Positions 28,301 to 38,882 of a stretch of DNA of 64,000 nucleotides are shown here, one piece after another. Origin of the DNA: a virus (taxonomy: Duplodnaviria > Caudoviricetes). The number at the start of each line of letters is the position of its first letter. The stretch's first letter is position 1. Both the position numbers and the translations under genes were made by a program. The notes beneath the pieces are model-generated. The model ran no database searches, was not told where the DNA came from, and saw only the letters and a list, made by a program, of their open reading frames with translations. The stretch lies in the IMG/VR virus record IMGVR_UViG_3300010885_054974, positions 1,827 through 65,826 of that record; one strand, 5' to 3'.

Positions 28301-31300
28301 TGTCGATCAATTTGTCAACAATTCTGGCCGGCAGTTGAATGTTTGGTTGATCTTCATTGACCAGTTCATATTCGGCGTGTACACTATTTTCGTTGTGTAC
28401 CTTTTGATAATCGATGTGCAGTACAGCATCGCTGGCATTCAAGTAATTTTGTACATTGACCAGACCAACTGCATTGTTCTTGGACATGAAGCCGTATGGA
28501 ATACCTTGAAGTTGCGGATTTTCAATTATGTTGGACAGTATTGAAACGCTGTAGTGCTTGCCTGGTGCGGCACTTTGTTTGTTGACCACCCAGTAGTAGT
28601 ATTCAGGTGTGACCACTCCGCTGATCACCGTGGTCACAACACAGTAAGCGTTGGTGTACAAGGGAGATCCATCTCCGCCGTTGGCCACATATTGCGCTGG
28701 AGGGAATTTGCTCTTTACCCATTCGCAAACCTGCACTTGACTTCCAGGAAACAGTTTACCCCAATTGTTGGTTCTATAAATTAAATCGCCTTGTTCGTAG
28801 TCAATGTATCTTAGGTTATTCAAGTTCCACCATAGTTTACCAACTTGTCGCTCATTCCAGTGATACCCGCTGTTGATGGCAACATCAGATCTATTTCCAG
28901 CATTGTATATTGCAGGATCCAATGCTGTTTTAAAATCTAGATCTTGTTCGGCTATGCCCAGTATCTTTCCTTTTACAGGATCAATGTAGTCCAATGTTGC
29001 TTGTACCAAGTTGGTTGTTTTATCATAGATAAAGAGTCGGTTGATGTTGTCAAGATCAACCTTGGCTTCTTGGTATCGAATTTTGTTCCAACTTTGCAAC
29101 TGATCTATGTTTGTGTAAACATGTACCGCACCTGCGTTCAATGCAATACTATCATTGCCTGGAGCGCCAATCAAAATCAAGTCTTTGTTGATGTCCAGTC
29201 CTTGACCAAATTGATCGTATTCATTTAGACCAGTTGATTTGATGTGTTGTACATAACTCATTAATCCTGTGTTGGTAGTTCCAGTGTTGACATCGTTCAA
29301 CAGTTCATAGACATAAACACTGCCAGATGATCTAACAACATCTACCACTCTGGTAGATCTTTGATCATATGTGGTTTTACCGGTGTCTACTTCTGCAACA
29401 TAGTAGATGTTGTCTTCGGTACTAGAAATTAGTAAAGTTGCTGTTTCTGGGCTGTATTTGATTTGACTTGCAAATCCAAACCCAATGCTTCCAGCAGGGT
29501 GCGTGATCACTTGATCCAAACTGTAGTTGGCCAGGCCTGTTTGACTGAACAGGTTTGATCCATTTGGAACCACAGACAATTTGTTCTGTGCCACTTGATT
29601 TGCACTGGTAATGGTGAAGAATCCGTCAGCAACAGTGCTGGCAGTTACCAAAGGTATTTTGGCCGCGTTGATCAATGTGGAGCATACTGCCGGATATGCA
29701 TACCCATCGGGGATATCAATGTTGGCAGTCGATGGCGTTGTACCTGGATAGTATACATTACCCGATTGCACCGCTGAACCAAGGTTAACATAGTATCCGT
29801 TGATATACAAGCCGATGTTGCTGTTAAAAGTTTCACCACCGTTGATGATGGAGCGTTTGACATATTCAGGATTTGATGCCGCTGTGATACTGCCCAAGAC
29901 CTTTGCTGTGTCTGTGTATCTATAAACAGCACCAGCCTCACCTGTGGATTGTGGAGTGTTTGGAGCCGACACATAAAATGTCGATCCCATCATATGATCG
30001 GCAGTGATCAAAGTACCAAACTTGTTTCCTGGTGCGCCAGCAGGTTCGGTGATCTTTTGCACCAATACCCAATCTGTGGCAACAATCGAAACAACACGAC
30101 CTAGAACCAGCGGAGTATTAAAACTCAATCGTGTTCCACCAGTTACTGTATAAGTGGCACTGTCTTGAATCAAGTCGTCAATATAAACTTTTGTGTATGT
30201 TCCAAAAGACTTAGACGAGTCATATATATTATCTAAATTGCTCTTGTAACTTTCCTCAAATCGTTTGTACACATAAACAGCTCCGGTGTTGCTGTTTTGT
30301 CCTGGGGCGCCAACAAATAATGTTTTGGCATCATCGGTCATGGTCATTGACTCACCAAACTTATCCCCAGCAACAACATCAGCTGGAGTTGGAACAACAC
30401 CAATGTTGTTGTAATAATTTGTATGTACAACAGAAATCTTAGTTCCGTCAATGGCAGGTGGGTTGACAAAAGTAATTGTATCGCCTGATACAGTAAAATC
30501 AACATCAACCACATAGTTTCTATATTGATCGCCGATGGCCAGGGCATACTTGCTAACCGGTGTGTAACTCAATTGATACTGTGTGGGGGCAATGCCTATT
30601 GTAGCGTTAGAACTGTCAGCAATTGCTGCCTGCGACATTACTATCACATTGCCTGCAACCGACAACACGGTTGTGCCTGCAGGTACATAAGCATGAGCTG
30701 AATCGCCAATTGGTGTTCCGGGAAGGAACAAACTGCTGTCAAGTGTTGTGGGTAATACCACTGTAATGTTGGCACTACCATTCACCACAACAACCGATGT
30801 CAATGTGTTGGTATAGGTGATTGTGTTGCTCTTTAGCGATACACCGTCTTGATAGTTGTACACATACACAGAGTTTACACCCGGTGCACTAATATACATC
30901 CAGTCATTGTCGTCACCAATGGTAATGGCATTACCAAAATAATCACCGGTGGCAGCGGTATTGCTTGTTATGATCTGTAGTGCGGCAGTGGCCAAGTTTT
31001 GTATATAAACATAGCCCTTGGTAGAATTACTTGTTGGTGCACCAATGGCCACAGTATAGTCTGATGCTGTGATTGTTTGTCCAAAATTACCAACCGAACT
31101 TGATCTTGGATCAAATTTACTTGTTTGTCTTACCGTTGTACCGGATCTAGAGAAAGTTTTGACAATACCTGTGGATCCATCAACATTGTTATATTGCGGA
31201 GACCCCACAAAGAAGTTGTTGGCCAGTTTGTTGCTGGTAATGGTGGTACCAAGACGACCGTTTACACTGGCAGCTTCGTCGGTTACCACTTGAGTATTTT

Positions 31301-34300
31301 CTTGCCAGGCATCAACCTTGTTAAACACACCCCAGTTGCCGTTGGCATCGGCAGTATCAACCCATAGTTTGTCGCCTGATTCCCATCCATTCAACGGAAT
31401 CAATGCATTGGCATCCAACAGGCTGGTTAGTCTAGCTAATTGCAGTTTGTAAAAAACACCATAGCCGTTCACACTCTTGAGTTCTTTGATGGTGCTGTTT
31501 CTGGAGTTGTCAACACCTGTGCTGACCCCAGTTGCATTGTTTGTGATTGCAACCTGTACTTTGGTGGTGTTGGTGACCGAATATACTTGATAAAATCCGT
31601 CAAATCTTGAATCAAATGATTTTATTGCAAACACATCACCTCTTGCCAGGCCTGGGTTGTCTGTGAAAGCAATGGTCATTAGATTGTCGATGTTGTAGGA
31701 TATATTTTCTACATTTATCTGTGTCTCAGTGACTCGATACACATTCCATTCGTTGGTGTAATCTTTGGCCACCCAAATGTAATATCCAGGGCCCACTTTG
31801 CTGAGGACTTTATCTAATTCACTGTAGTTTGTAAAACTAAACAATGTGTCGTCCACATCAATCAAACTGGGGTATCCAGCAGTTTGAATATCGTTGATGG
31901 TTTCTGTTACTCCATCGCGATTGAAGAATAAGTTTTTGCTAAAATCTGACGGTGCTTTGTACAAGTCAGCAGGTTGGAAGCTGACCACATCGCTCAATGG
32001 TTCTATTTCGCCACTGTTGATAAATTGTATTGCAGTTGGGTTGGCAGTAATTACTGTTTCATCCAGCACAACTTCTACTATTTGGTCAGTGGTCAACGAT
32101 CCGTACTCACCAACACGAAGTGCCCACTCTTCGTATATGTCGATGCCGCTGGCCCATTCGTTTACTCGGGCATTGGTCAGTCCAGTGATGGCGTTCAATG
32201 TGCCTTTTTCTTTGATGAATCCTTGAAAGAATTTTACCTGACTGGTTTCATCTAGACCAAAATTGCTCAAGTAGCCGCGCTTGCGGAATCCGATCAAACT
32301 GGTGCCATATCCCTCCAGCGTCATGTCGCTGGGCAAATTGTCAACATCATACACTTGTTGCAGTCTTGTGGCACTGTGAGTAAAGTTGGGTAACAAACCT
32401 GTTTTAACATCAGTCTGATTGATTTGTCTCCACTGCTTGTCTTGCACAAACTCTGAGCTGGCAACAATATCAGTCAATGCTGTATAATATAGATTTTTAT
32501 ACTGCACAATACTGCCCAACAGATAGTCAACACCCGGTTGCCAGGCATCGACAACGGTGTTGTTGTACACAAACCCTGGTGGGCTCAATGTACCTGCCCA
32601 AGATCCTGTTTTGCTTCCAATCAACTTTAATCGGAATTGTCTATTGCCAAGTTCAGGAACATACAAAATGTCATTGAACACCGTGACATTGTCAAACAAC
32701 ACAGCATGTTCATACTGCACCACAGTGAGATCTGCCAGGCAAATGGTTTGATTGGACAAGCTCTTTAATGTGAACTTGTTGCCAATGCGACTTTCTGTAA
32801 ATTGTGTGTTCTTGATAAAATCAAAGTTTTGGTCAAGCACCTTTGTACCATTGGGAGTGTTGTCAATTACATTGATTACTCCATCGGCCTGTATGTTTAC
32901 CAATTCGTTATAAACCGGACTCAGTACAATAATGTTGCCAGGTTTCCAGCCCTGCTGTGCCCAATTTAAAAATTCCTTGGCACTCAGCACCCAGTTTCTA
33001 GTTTCGCCCAGATTGTCGTCTTGTGTTTCAAATTTAAAACCTTGTGCTACCAGGTAACGGCCGTAGCTGATCAAAAAGTCCACCACTTCTTGTTCTGTGC
33101 CAAACTCAAAGCCATACGGAACTGTTAATTTTATGTTCTGATAATCTTTGTAAACCACTCCACGACGCTTCAATACTTGTACCAGGTAAAAGTTATTGTT
33201 GGCCTGACTGGGTATGATTGTAAAGAAAGGACTGTTTTGGTTGTAGCCATTGACTGTGAATCCGTTTTCTGTACGCTCAACCACCACTGCACTGTAGACT
33301 GCTTTACGGATTGGAGTACTGGAATTCAATTGAATACTGTAGTTCTCTGTTGGAATAACAATGCTGTTGCTGGTGTTGGTTGGCGATCCTTGCTCGGCCA
33401 ACACTTCGATGAATTTTTTATCTGTGTAGCCGCCAACTTTGTATCCCAGCTGAACATTGACTGTATCCAAATATGTACGCAATGCAGTCACAGGATTTAT
33501 ACCAATGCTCAACACATAATCTCTAATCCAGTTCAAATATCCAGCACTACGAACTGCTGTACCTGTGGTGGTATCTCCGTTGATCACTACTGTTGTTGGT
33601 GTTATACGCTGATGCGATTCTGTGTTGACCAATTGGTCAATTGTGGTATTGCGATAGTAACGATCAACATTGATCAAGCTGCCAAAGTAGTAACCAGGCT
33701 TGCTCAGAGCCAGAGCATACTGAAGTGCATATGGGAAATAACTGCTGGTTCTCCAAGCAAACTCAACCGGTCCTTGATCGCCCACACTATAACTGCTGTT
33801 GGCTTTCAAGCTGTCAAACGAACTGGTGGCCCATTTCTCAGGACTTAACAAATCTCCGTATTCGTCAACCGGTATCACTTGGCTCAAGCCAGGACGAGCA
33901 AATCGTTTGTCTATGCCGGCTTTGGTTCCTGCATGGATATAACCCAATTCTAGGTCATCCCACAACAACTTGTTGCCGCCGGTGTATGGTGCTGGTCCAT
34001 AACGGTCTTCCCACCAAGTGGGTTTTTGACCAAAGCCCAACATCTCCCAGGGGTGTGTGTTGGGACGGTATGTGTCAAAGAAGTAACTGAAAATGGCACG
34101 CCAAGTGCCTGGCAACATACTGCCATCAATTCTATCTTTGAATTTTTTATAGTTCCAGGTCCAAGCATTGCCTGATACAAAGTAATTGTTGGTGCTGTAA
34201 TCTACACGGTTGTCGCCGACCCAACGCAAAAACTTGTTGCTCAGTATTTGATTAAATTCAGTCAATGTGTAATCTGTGTCTCTGAACTTGCCTGGCAGGT

Positions 34301-37300
34301 GATCATACAAATCAAATATGTGTGTTTCATAGTTGATCTTAATATTGTTGTAAATACGCTTTTCTAATTCTAACAACAAGTCGTCGCGAATATCATTGAA
34401 CACCGGTGTGATTGATCCGTCATGCCCCTGTATTACTTCCACCGGTGTTATATAACTGGAGTCAACAAATCTCTGTGGCGCAAACTTTGGATACAAGCCC
34501 AGCTTGCTGGGAGTCTCTGGCACAAAACTGCCATCTGTATTGTTGTACTCAACAATCTTTAATTTGTCGTTGACTGTTAATGTAACGGCGTCATCAAGCA
34601 AAATAGCACTGCGATCTTGTAGGAATGCAAAATCAATACCGTTAACAAGTTGCACACCATTCAAGTATACCAGCACAGCCAGATTGCTCAGTTTGGTATC
34701 TACAAACACCTGCGTGATTTCGTACTGTTTGGTCAATGGATTGATGATGCTGTAATTGATCACATTGGCATTGTCACCGTACGGTACCATGTCGCTGTAG
34801 TACCACGGGAAAGTTTTATTTTTAATGTTGTTGATGTTTTTCAATATTGCATCAACGCTATCTGCAATGTTGTTCACTGTGACAGTGTCTAATTTGGTAG
34901 CCAACTCAAGGAATTTGTTTTTAAACCTTGTGTATTCGCGAGCAGAATGATCAATACTTTGTGCAAAATTTAAATTCTTATCTGTTAAGAAAATATTACT
35001 GTACATGGCTGGCGCACTTTGTTGTACAATATTACCGCCATTGCCTTTGTATCGTATGTCTCGTAGGCCAGAAAAAGTGCTGCCGATATCCACTGCCAGT
35101 TTGGTATTTTCTTTTATTTTGGTTATGTGGCTTCTGATTTGACCCAGAGTCAATGAAGAAAAGTTGGCATTTTTACTATTGTAATCTAAGCTGTTTGGGA
35201 TTTCATAATATCCTTTTTTGCTAACAGATTTGCTGTAGATCAAAATATCAACTTTGTCGTTTTCTTTTAACAAAGTATAGTCGACTCTAACTGTTTGTCT
35301 GTTGCCAACAAGAGCATAAGAATAATCACTGCTCTTTAACAGTTGGTTGTTGACAAAAACCTTGGTATAGGGCGTGGCATTTTCTGTTTCAGGCAGTATG
35401 TCCACTGGAAAATAGTTACTGGTTGTATAAGCAAAAGAAAATATCTGATACTGCTTGGTATTTTCAATATTCTTGGTCCAGATATTTCTGTTACGATATG
35501 TGACAAGATCTGTGTTCTGTTTTAAGAAATTGTAATTTACCGGAATAGATACTGTGCTGGCACCGCTGGCATAGGTCACAATTTCTGTATCAAAGTTGTT
35601 GGTAAATTGTATGTCGCCGATGCTGTTGAAGTTTCTGTAGCTCAGTGGGAAGCCCAGCACTTTGTCGTTGTAGGTTGTTCCCACTTTGTAGGAAAATATT
35701 GCAGTTCCTTTGAAACTGCTGACTGGATAATATGCTGTATCACCAAGACTGATGCCCATCGAATCAACAATGTCAAACAGCGGGTTTTGATTAACTGATG
35801 TTTTTAGCTGTCCTTGATTCCAATTGGTTCCGTTGTACCAGAAGTTGAGTCCGGCATTGTCGCCTGCTGTGACATTTATGCAATTGCCTTCTGCCACTTC
35901 GTAGTCGTCGGCCAATGCCAAATGCACTTTCATATCGCTGGTAGAACCTGCTGTGGTATCTATTGCAGATATCACAAAAACAGAATTTTTTACACTGGGG
36001 TCAAAGTCATCAGCAAATACTGCTCTGGCAGATGTCATTGCCGTTGGAGCTGAAAGTGTAACTTTTGGTATTGCAGTATATCCAGCGCCTTTGGTTGCAA
36101 ATGTCAATGAATACACTCTAGACTTGTTGACTGTTACAGATTTTATGCTTGGCGCCGACAGTTCAACTCCGTTGGTGTTGAGATTAAGCACTCGGCCCTT
36201 GTACAACAAAGGAACTGTTCCGTTTGTCACTGAACCAGTGGTGTGCGTTGGTCCTGTGGTACCAAATGTGCCTGCCCCTGTGGCTTGGTAGTACTTGTTA
36301 CCGTATGTATAATAATTGTTTAGAGTTGCTGTGCCTGTGGACGCCCATGTGGTCCAAGCATCGGGTGCTTGCCAAGTTGGAGTGTTGGTTACGCCCAAGA
36401 ACTGTAAACTCACATCTCCATTCAGTGTAGTGCCCGATGTATGCGATGGGGCGGTATATGCAAATGTTCCACTATTGGTGGCCTGATAGTAGTAAGTAAT
36501 TGGTTTGGCAGCATCAGTTGTATCCACATACGAATAATATTTAAACTGCTCTGCTGTTGCCCTGGCTGACCACAGGAAAGTTGAGTTGATGGTCACAGTG
36601 GGTTCTGCATCGTAGAAGAATCCGCTGCCATGTGAATCAAAGTTTATGCTTTGTAATCTATATGTTAGATTCACTCTTGCACCAGTTCCTTGACCACCAG
36701 TTAAACTCACTGCACTTACAACCGGAGTTGCAAAAGCACCGCCGCTGGATACTGTTAGTTTAACGATGCCGCCAGTTTCGGTGACTTCGGTGACTTTCAA
36801 AGTGGCTTTTGTGCCGGAGTACAGCAATGATACAGCGCCATTGTCTGCTGTGCCGTTTGTGTGCACCGGCAATTCTGTTGAAAACTTGCCGGAGTTCATG
36901 GCAAGATAATAATTGTTGTTGTACAGATAATAGGTGCCAGCTGTGGCTGTTCCGCCAGCAGTCCAAGCCACAGTTGAAACTGTTCCGCTGACTGTTAGTA
37001 TGTCATCAATTTGATAACCAATGCCTGCGGCATAGATGTCAATGATTCCAAAACTTGGATCTGTGTTTTCAACTTCTAACAGCACCGTGGTTGGTGACGC
37101 AGTGACCAAAGTGCCTTCAAGTTGATTCATTGCGTCGGTGATGGTGCCATCGTTGATCAACAAATCAACCGGTTGTTTGGCCACTCGACCTGCGTCGAAT
37201 AATTGTAAATGTCCTTCAAACTCAATAATGGGTCTTTGAGCACGGTATGCTTGGTCAGGTGATGCCACTGTGTTGTTGTAAGTTGCCGTGGCCTGAATTA

Positions 37301-38879
37301 CATCAATGTGGAACCAACGATTGCTACGACTCCAGGCATTGTGGTCTATGCTGTCTCTACTGATGGTAACATAGTCAGGAGTGACCAGGCCGCTGACAGC
37401 ATAAGCTTCAGGGGTAACCAAATCTGTAACTTTTACCAACTGTATCGATGAGCCAACTCCTTCAACATAATATTCGTTGTTGATGTATTGTGGATCTGTG
37501 ACTGTGTTATCAAATTGAATTTTTAATCCGTTGGTAAAGATAACACCATTGGGACTGGTGTATGATTTTTGTCCAATGATATCGTTGGCAACATCGATAC
37601 TGTAGCCTTCGGCATCAACAATTTGTATCAGTCCAAACAAGTTGGGATCGGTGCCGTCTTGATAATATAGTCTGTCAAATGCGGCAGTATTTTCTGGAAT
37701 TATTGAATAAAACCCAGTGCGTTCTAGCCAGTACTGTTGATTGGCATTGTCTACACCACTTGACACATACACTCGTTGGTTTGTTTCCACTGCTGTGCCT
37801 GGCACCAGCACAATCAAGTAGTCACCATCATCTGATGGTTGAAGGTCAATGGTCCACACACCTCTGCGATCGGCTTGTGCAACTATCTCTCCTGGATCGT
37901 AGGCTGCATAATCAAACGGTTCGTCTACTTTGTCAAATACACCAGGTGTTTCCCACTGAAGAGCGTCTACCTCTGAGTTGACAAAGATCAAAGTTTTTTT
38001 GTTTAAGTCTGTGGTGATTCCATCAAACACACCAGGATATGTTTTCAACAACACACTCAGCATTTGGTGTTGTATCTGCTTGTACCCGTAGGTTGTTGCT
38101 ATATTGACTGTGGCAGCCAACTTCATTTGAGTAAAACTATCTTGTGCTGTTTTCCTTGGCACATTGAACACGATCTGTCCAACACTGGCGCCGTTGCTGG
38201 CAACACCATATATGTTTCTGGTGCTGACATTTGATTGTGACACTTTTGTGCCAGATATACCCGGTTCGGTTTGAATCCAGAAACGATTGCCTTGCTGTCC
38301 CAGATTGAACTTGTATGTTCCACCACGAGCCAATGTTAACACTGGATTTGCACCTGTGCCTCTACCTGAAAAATTATAGCCACTGGCCGCTAGGTTTCTT
38401 GTAACTGTAAATGTTTCTTCTCGGTCAACTGTGCCGGCATATACATCCACTGCCGCTGGACCGTCGGGTAACCAGTAGTAGTTGTTGTAGTTTCCAAATT
38501 TGTCGAAATCAAACAGTCCATCAAATGTGTAACTTTCATTGGCAAACAATCTGCTATGGTCGGTGACATTTCCGCCCAGTGTTGACAGTTGTTGTATCAA
38601 ATCAATATAGGTTGAAAACAAACTGACTGTGTTCTCTTGTTTGTTTTGAACCACCACCGTTGGCTCAAGTTGATAGTTTTGTCTGGCGGCAGTTGGTTCT
38701 GCTATGTAATTGTCTGTGGTTTTATAAGTAGGCGCAAACTTACGACCTATGTACCCATTTATTCTACGCAGGTCTGCTTCAGAGGTCAACTGATCTAAAG
38801 TTGCATTTAGAAACTTTTCATTGGTATCTGTCTGAAAAATTGCTGGTAAAAACTTTAAGGTGCTGGTATTGGCTGCCAT
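25308..38879 (-). CDS. Giant multidomain virion/baseplate protein (4523 aa; position of T4 gp7 after gp6)
   Basis: Uninterrupted ORF directly after gp6; FG-GAP-like repeats, CBM-like Trp/Tyr repeats and G.GY...P.V.(I/L) repeats. Confidence 0.8.
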   Translation of the reverse strand: MAANTSTLKFLPAIFQTDTNEKFLNATLDQLTSEADLRRINGYIGRKFAPTYKTTDNYIAEPTAARQNYQLEPTVVVQNKQENTVSLFSTYIDLIQQLSTLGGNVTDHSRLFANESYTFDGLFDFDKFGNYNNYYWLPDGPAAVDVYAGTVDREETFTVTRNLAASGYNFSGRGTGANPVLTLARGGTYKFNLGQQGNRFWIQTEPGISGTKVSQSNVSTRNIYGVASNGASVGQIVFNVPRKTAQDSFTQMKLAATVNIATTYGYKQIQHQMLSVLLKTYPGVFDGITTDLNKKTLIFVNSEVDALQWETPGVFDKVDEPFDYAAYDPGEIVAQADRRGVWTIDLQPSDDGDYLIVLVPGTAVETNQRVYVSSGVDNANQQYWLERTGFYSIIPENTAAFDRLYYQDGTDPNLFGLIQIVDAEGYSIDVANDIIGQKSYTSPNGVIFTNGLKIQFDNTVTDPQYINNEYYVEGVGSSIQLVKVTDLVTPEAYAVSGLVTPDYVTISRDSIDHNAWSRSNRWFHIDVIQATATYNNTVASPDQAYRAQRPIIEFEGHLQLFDAGRVAKQPVDLLINDGTITDAMNQLEGTLVTASPTTVLLEVENTDPSFGIIDIYAAGIGYQIDDILTVSGTVSTVAWTAGGTATAGTYYLYNNNYYLAMNSGKFSTELPVHTNGTADNGAVSLLYSGTKATLKVTEVTETGGIVKLTVSSGGAFATPVVSAVSLTGGQGTGARVNLTYRLQSINFDSHGSGFFYDAEPTVTINSTFLWSARATAEQFKYYSYVDTTDAAKPITYYYQATNSGTFAYTAPSHTSGTTLNGDVSLQFLGVTNTPTWQAPDAWTTWASTGTATLNNYYTYGNKYYQATGAGTFGTTGPTHTTGSVTNGTVPLLYKGRVLNLNTNGVELSAPSIKSVTVNKSRVYSLTFATKGAGYTAIPKVTLSAPTAMTSARAVFADDFDPSVKNSVFVISAIDTTAGSTSDMKVHLALADDYEVAEGNCINVTAGDNAGLNFWYNGTNWNQGQLKTSVNQNPLFDIVDSMGISLGDTAYYPVSSFKGTAIFSYKVGTTYNDKVLGFPLSYRNFNSIGDIQFTNNFDTEIVTYASGASTVSIPVNYNFLKQNTDLVTYRNRNIWTKNIENTKQYQIFSFAYTTSNYFPVDILPETENATPYTKVFVNNQLLKSSDYSYALVGNRQTVRVDYTLLKENDKVDILIYSKSVSKKGYYEIPNSLDYNSKNANFSSLTLGQIRSHITKIKENTKLAVDIGSTFSGLRDIRYKGNGGNIVQQSAPAMYSNIFLTDKNLNFAQSIDHSAREYTRFKNKFLELATKLDTVTVNNIADSVDAILKNINNIKNKTFPWYYSDMVPYGDNANVINYSIINPLTKQYEITQVFVDTKLSNLAVLVYLNGVQLVNGIDFAFLQDRSAILLDDAVTLTVNDKLKIVEYNNTDGSFVPETPSKLGLYPKFAPQRFVDSSYITPVEVIQGHDGSITPVFNDIRDDLLLELEKRIYNNIKINYETHIFDLYDHLPGKFRDTDYTLTEFNQILSNKFLRWVGDNRVDYSTNNYFVSGNAWTWNYKKFKDRIDGSMLPGTWRAIFSYFFDTYRPNTHPWEMLGFGQKPTWWEDRYGPAPYTGGNKLLWDDLELGYIHAGTKAGIDKRFARPGLSQVIPVDEYGDLLSPEKWATSSFDSLKANSSYSVGDQGPVEFAWRTSSYFPYALQYALALSKPGYYFGSLINVDRYYRNTTIDQLVNTESHQRITPTTVVINGDTTTGTAVRSAGYLNWIRDYVLSIGINPVTALRTYLDTVNVQLGYKVGGYTDKKFIEVLAEQGSPTNTSNSIVIPTENYSIQLNSSTPIRKAVYSAVVVERTENGFTVNGYNQNSPFFTIIPSQANNNFYLVQVLKRRGVVYKDYQNIKLTVPYGFEFGTEQEVVDFLISYGRYLVAQGFKFETQDDNLGETRNWVLSAKEFLNWAQQGWKPGNIIVLSPVYNELVNIQADGVINVIDNTPNGTKVLDQNFDFIKNTQFTESRIGNKFTLKSLSNQTICLADLTVVQYEHAVLFDNVTVFNDILYVPELGNRQFRLKLIGSKTGSWAGTLSPPGFVYNNTVVDAWQPGVDYLLGSIVQYKNLYYTALTDIVASSEFVQDKQWRQINQTDVKTGLLPNFTHSATRLQQVYDVDNLPSDMTLEGYGTSLIGFRKRGYLSNFGLDETSQVKFFQGFIKEKGTLNAITGLTNARVNEWASGIDIYEEWALRVGEYGSLTTDQIVEVVLDETVITANPTAIQFINSGEIEPLSDVVSFQPADLYKAPSDFSKNLFFNRDGVTETINDIQTAGYPSLIDVDDTLFSFTNYSELDKVLSKVGPGYYIWVAKDYTNEWNVYRVTETQINVENISYNIDNLMTIAFTDNPGLARGDVFAIKSFDSRFDGFYQVYSVTNTTKVQVAITNNATGVSTGVDNSRNSTIKELKSVNGYGVFYKLQLARLTSLLDANALIPLNGWESGDKLWVDTADANGNWGVFNKVDAWQENTQVVTDEAASVNGRLGTTITSNKLANNFFVGSPQYNNVDGSTGIVKTFSRSGTTVRQTSKFDPRSSSVGNFGQTITASDYTVAIGAPTSNSTKGYVYIQNLATAALQIITSNTAATGDYFGNAITIGDDNDWMYISAPGVNSVYVYNYQDGVSLKSNTITYTNTLTSVVVVNGSANITVVLPTTLDSSLFLPGTPIGDSAHAYVPAGTTVLSVAGNVIVMSQAAIADSSNATIGIAPTQYQLSYTPVSKYALAIGDQYRNYVVDVDFTVSGDTITFVNPPAIDGTKISVVHTNYYNNIGVVPTPADVVAGDKFGESMTMTDDAKTLFVGAPGQNSNTGAVYVYKRFEESYKSNLDNIYDSSKSFGTYTKVYIDDLIQDSATYTVTGGTRLSFNTPLVLGRVVSIVATDWVLVQKITEPAGAPGNKFGTLITADHMMGSTFYVSAPNTPQSTGEAGAVYRYTDTAKVLGSITAASNPEYVKRSIINGGETFNSNIGLYINGYYVNLGSAVQSGNVYYPGTTPSTANIDIPDGYAYPAVCSTLINAAKIPLVTASTVADGFFTITSANQVAQNKLSVVPNGSNLFSQTGLANYSLDQVITHPAGSIGFGFASQIKYSPETATLLISSTEDNIYYVAEVDTGKTTYDQRSTRVVDVVRSSGSVYVYELLNDVNTGTTNTGLMSYVQHIKSTGLNEYDQFGQGLDINKDLILIGAPGNDSIALNAGAVHVYTNIDQLQSWNKIRYQEAKVDLDNINRLFIYDKTTNLVQATLDYIDPVKGKILGIAEQDLDFKTALDPAIYNAGNRSDVAINSGYHWNERQVGKLWWNLNNLRYIDYEQGDLIYRTNNWGKLFPGSQVQVCEWVKSKFPPAQYVANGGDGSPLYTNAYCVVTTVISGVVTPEYYYWVVNKQSAAPGKHYSVSILSNIIENPQLQGIPYGFMSKNNAVGLVNVQNYLNASDAVLHIDYQKVHNENSVHAEYELVNEDQPNIQLPARIVDKLIDSLSGIDSIGQVVPDPTLTESAKIGLSTRPVQTLVLNKSLAVENFVKYVNGVLIRYPIVYQYSLLGIEKVDPIPASTEYDKIVTTVEDIGYIDTSASIANALPVGYRVLVTSDSSNSGLWTIYTLDASRAFAISRIQYYNTALYWDKVDWYAEDYDPTGRITYTVTAYKDIAALTLTAGDVVRVNYDDNGQFSIYRTNTDLTLERVGIEKGTIQLKSTLYDLASGQMGWDEDRFDTVRFDQTPGIEIRNILIALRDDIFIDSLGAEFNKLFFVIVNYILQEQKSVDWIFKTSFISIFHKLRELSQPPSFVLDNQGYYLDYIDEVKPYRTIVREYVVDYTGYDTVESNVTDFDLPSLYNKTLGKYRPPSGELTGDTTLINTTPEYQYWKQYHTYTVDTIEISSPGVGYVIEPSVVITGGGGTGATATAAIWGNGAIKSITVTNHGTGYTSRPEVRINGTGTGGLAAARISNRTARQFDSVLKFDRTAYDSNVSLWTSANSYTVGSTVAYNGQAYRAAANISASVNFNYDTFKLLTGAEVGNANDRVIAYIASNQVDNLDTTTALGSEVARAHDNRYWLTQYFTGIEYPGVKIQGLKFNANVADQQLLDTVIQSRYVDTGLGSRPEDINIDGGAYIDYYSSHAPEELLPGVMHESIDISVFTQEVVGSSNSSVVPGGVTFAYREFFDINGNHNYYRISGFATTYLVANVDITSDNIHVSNSSGLPKPDTYLAVPGRIFIGGELITYWENDTANNTLRNIRRAVGGTSNQLHVEGATVYDVSKAQAIPDIKPRTAIITSKTAYEKPGPDSRDYSSDSTINYWRSNAISSVFTVADNPTYKVALTGNITANIGDVITQRYSNANAIVRGNVSSSKSVAVIYNSGLFTTANANCVLYVNGTITTVAPNTVAILGAVGADGTVRVTSTDGNIIIKQDHLAWLDYDFRDQGLQFQDSDNLPARKFLGEGATTSVLNLDDYYTNEDDTTTVNNIMMTENNQLLIKE
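36195..36965 (-). repeat. Three ~50-aa Trp/Tyr-rich repeats within the giant protein
   Basis: W......Y..Y....YY.A...G.F....P.HT.G...NG.V.L.(Y/F).G occurs three times; coordinates approximate. Confidence 0.7.
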
Positions 38880-38882
38880 GTA

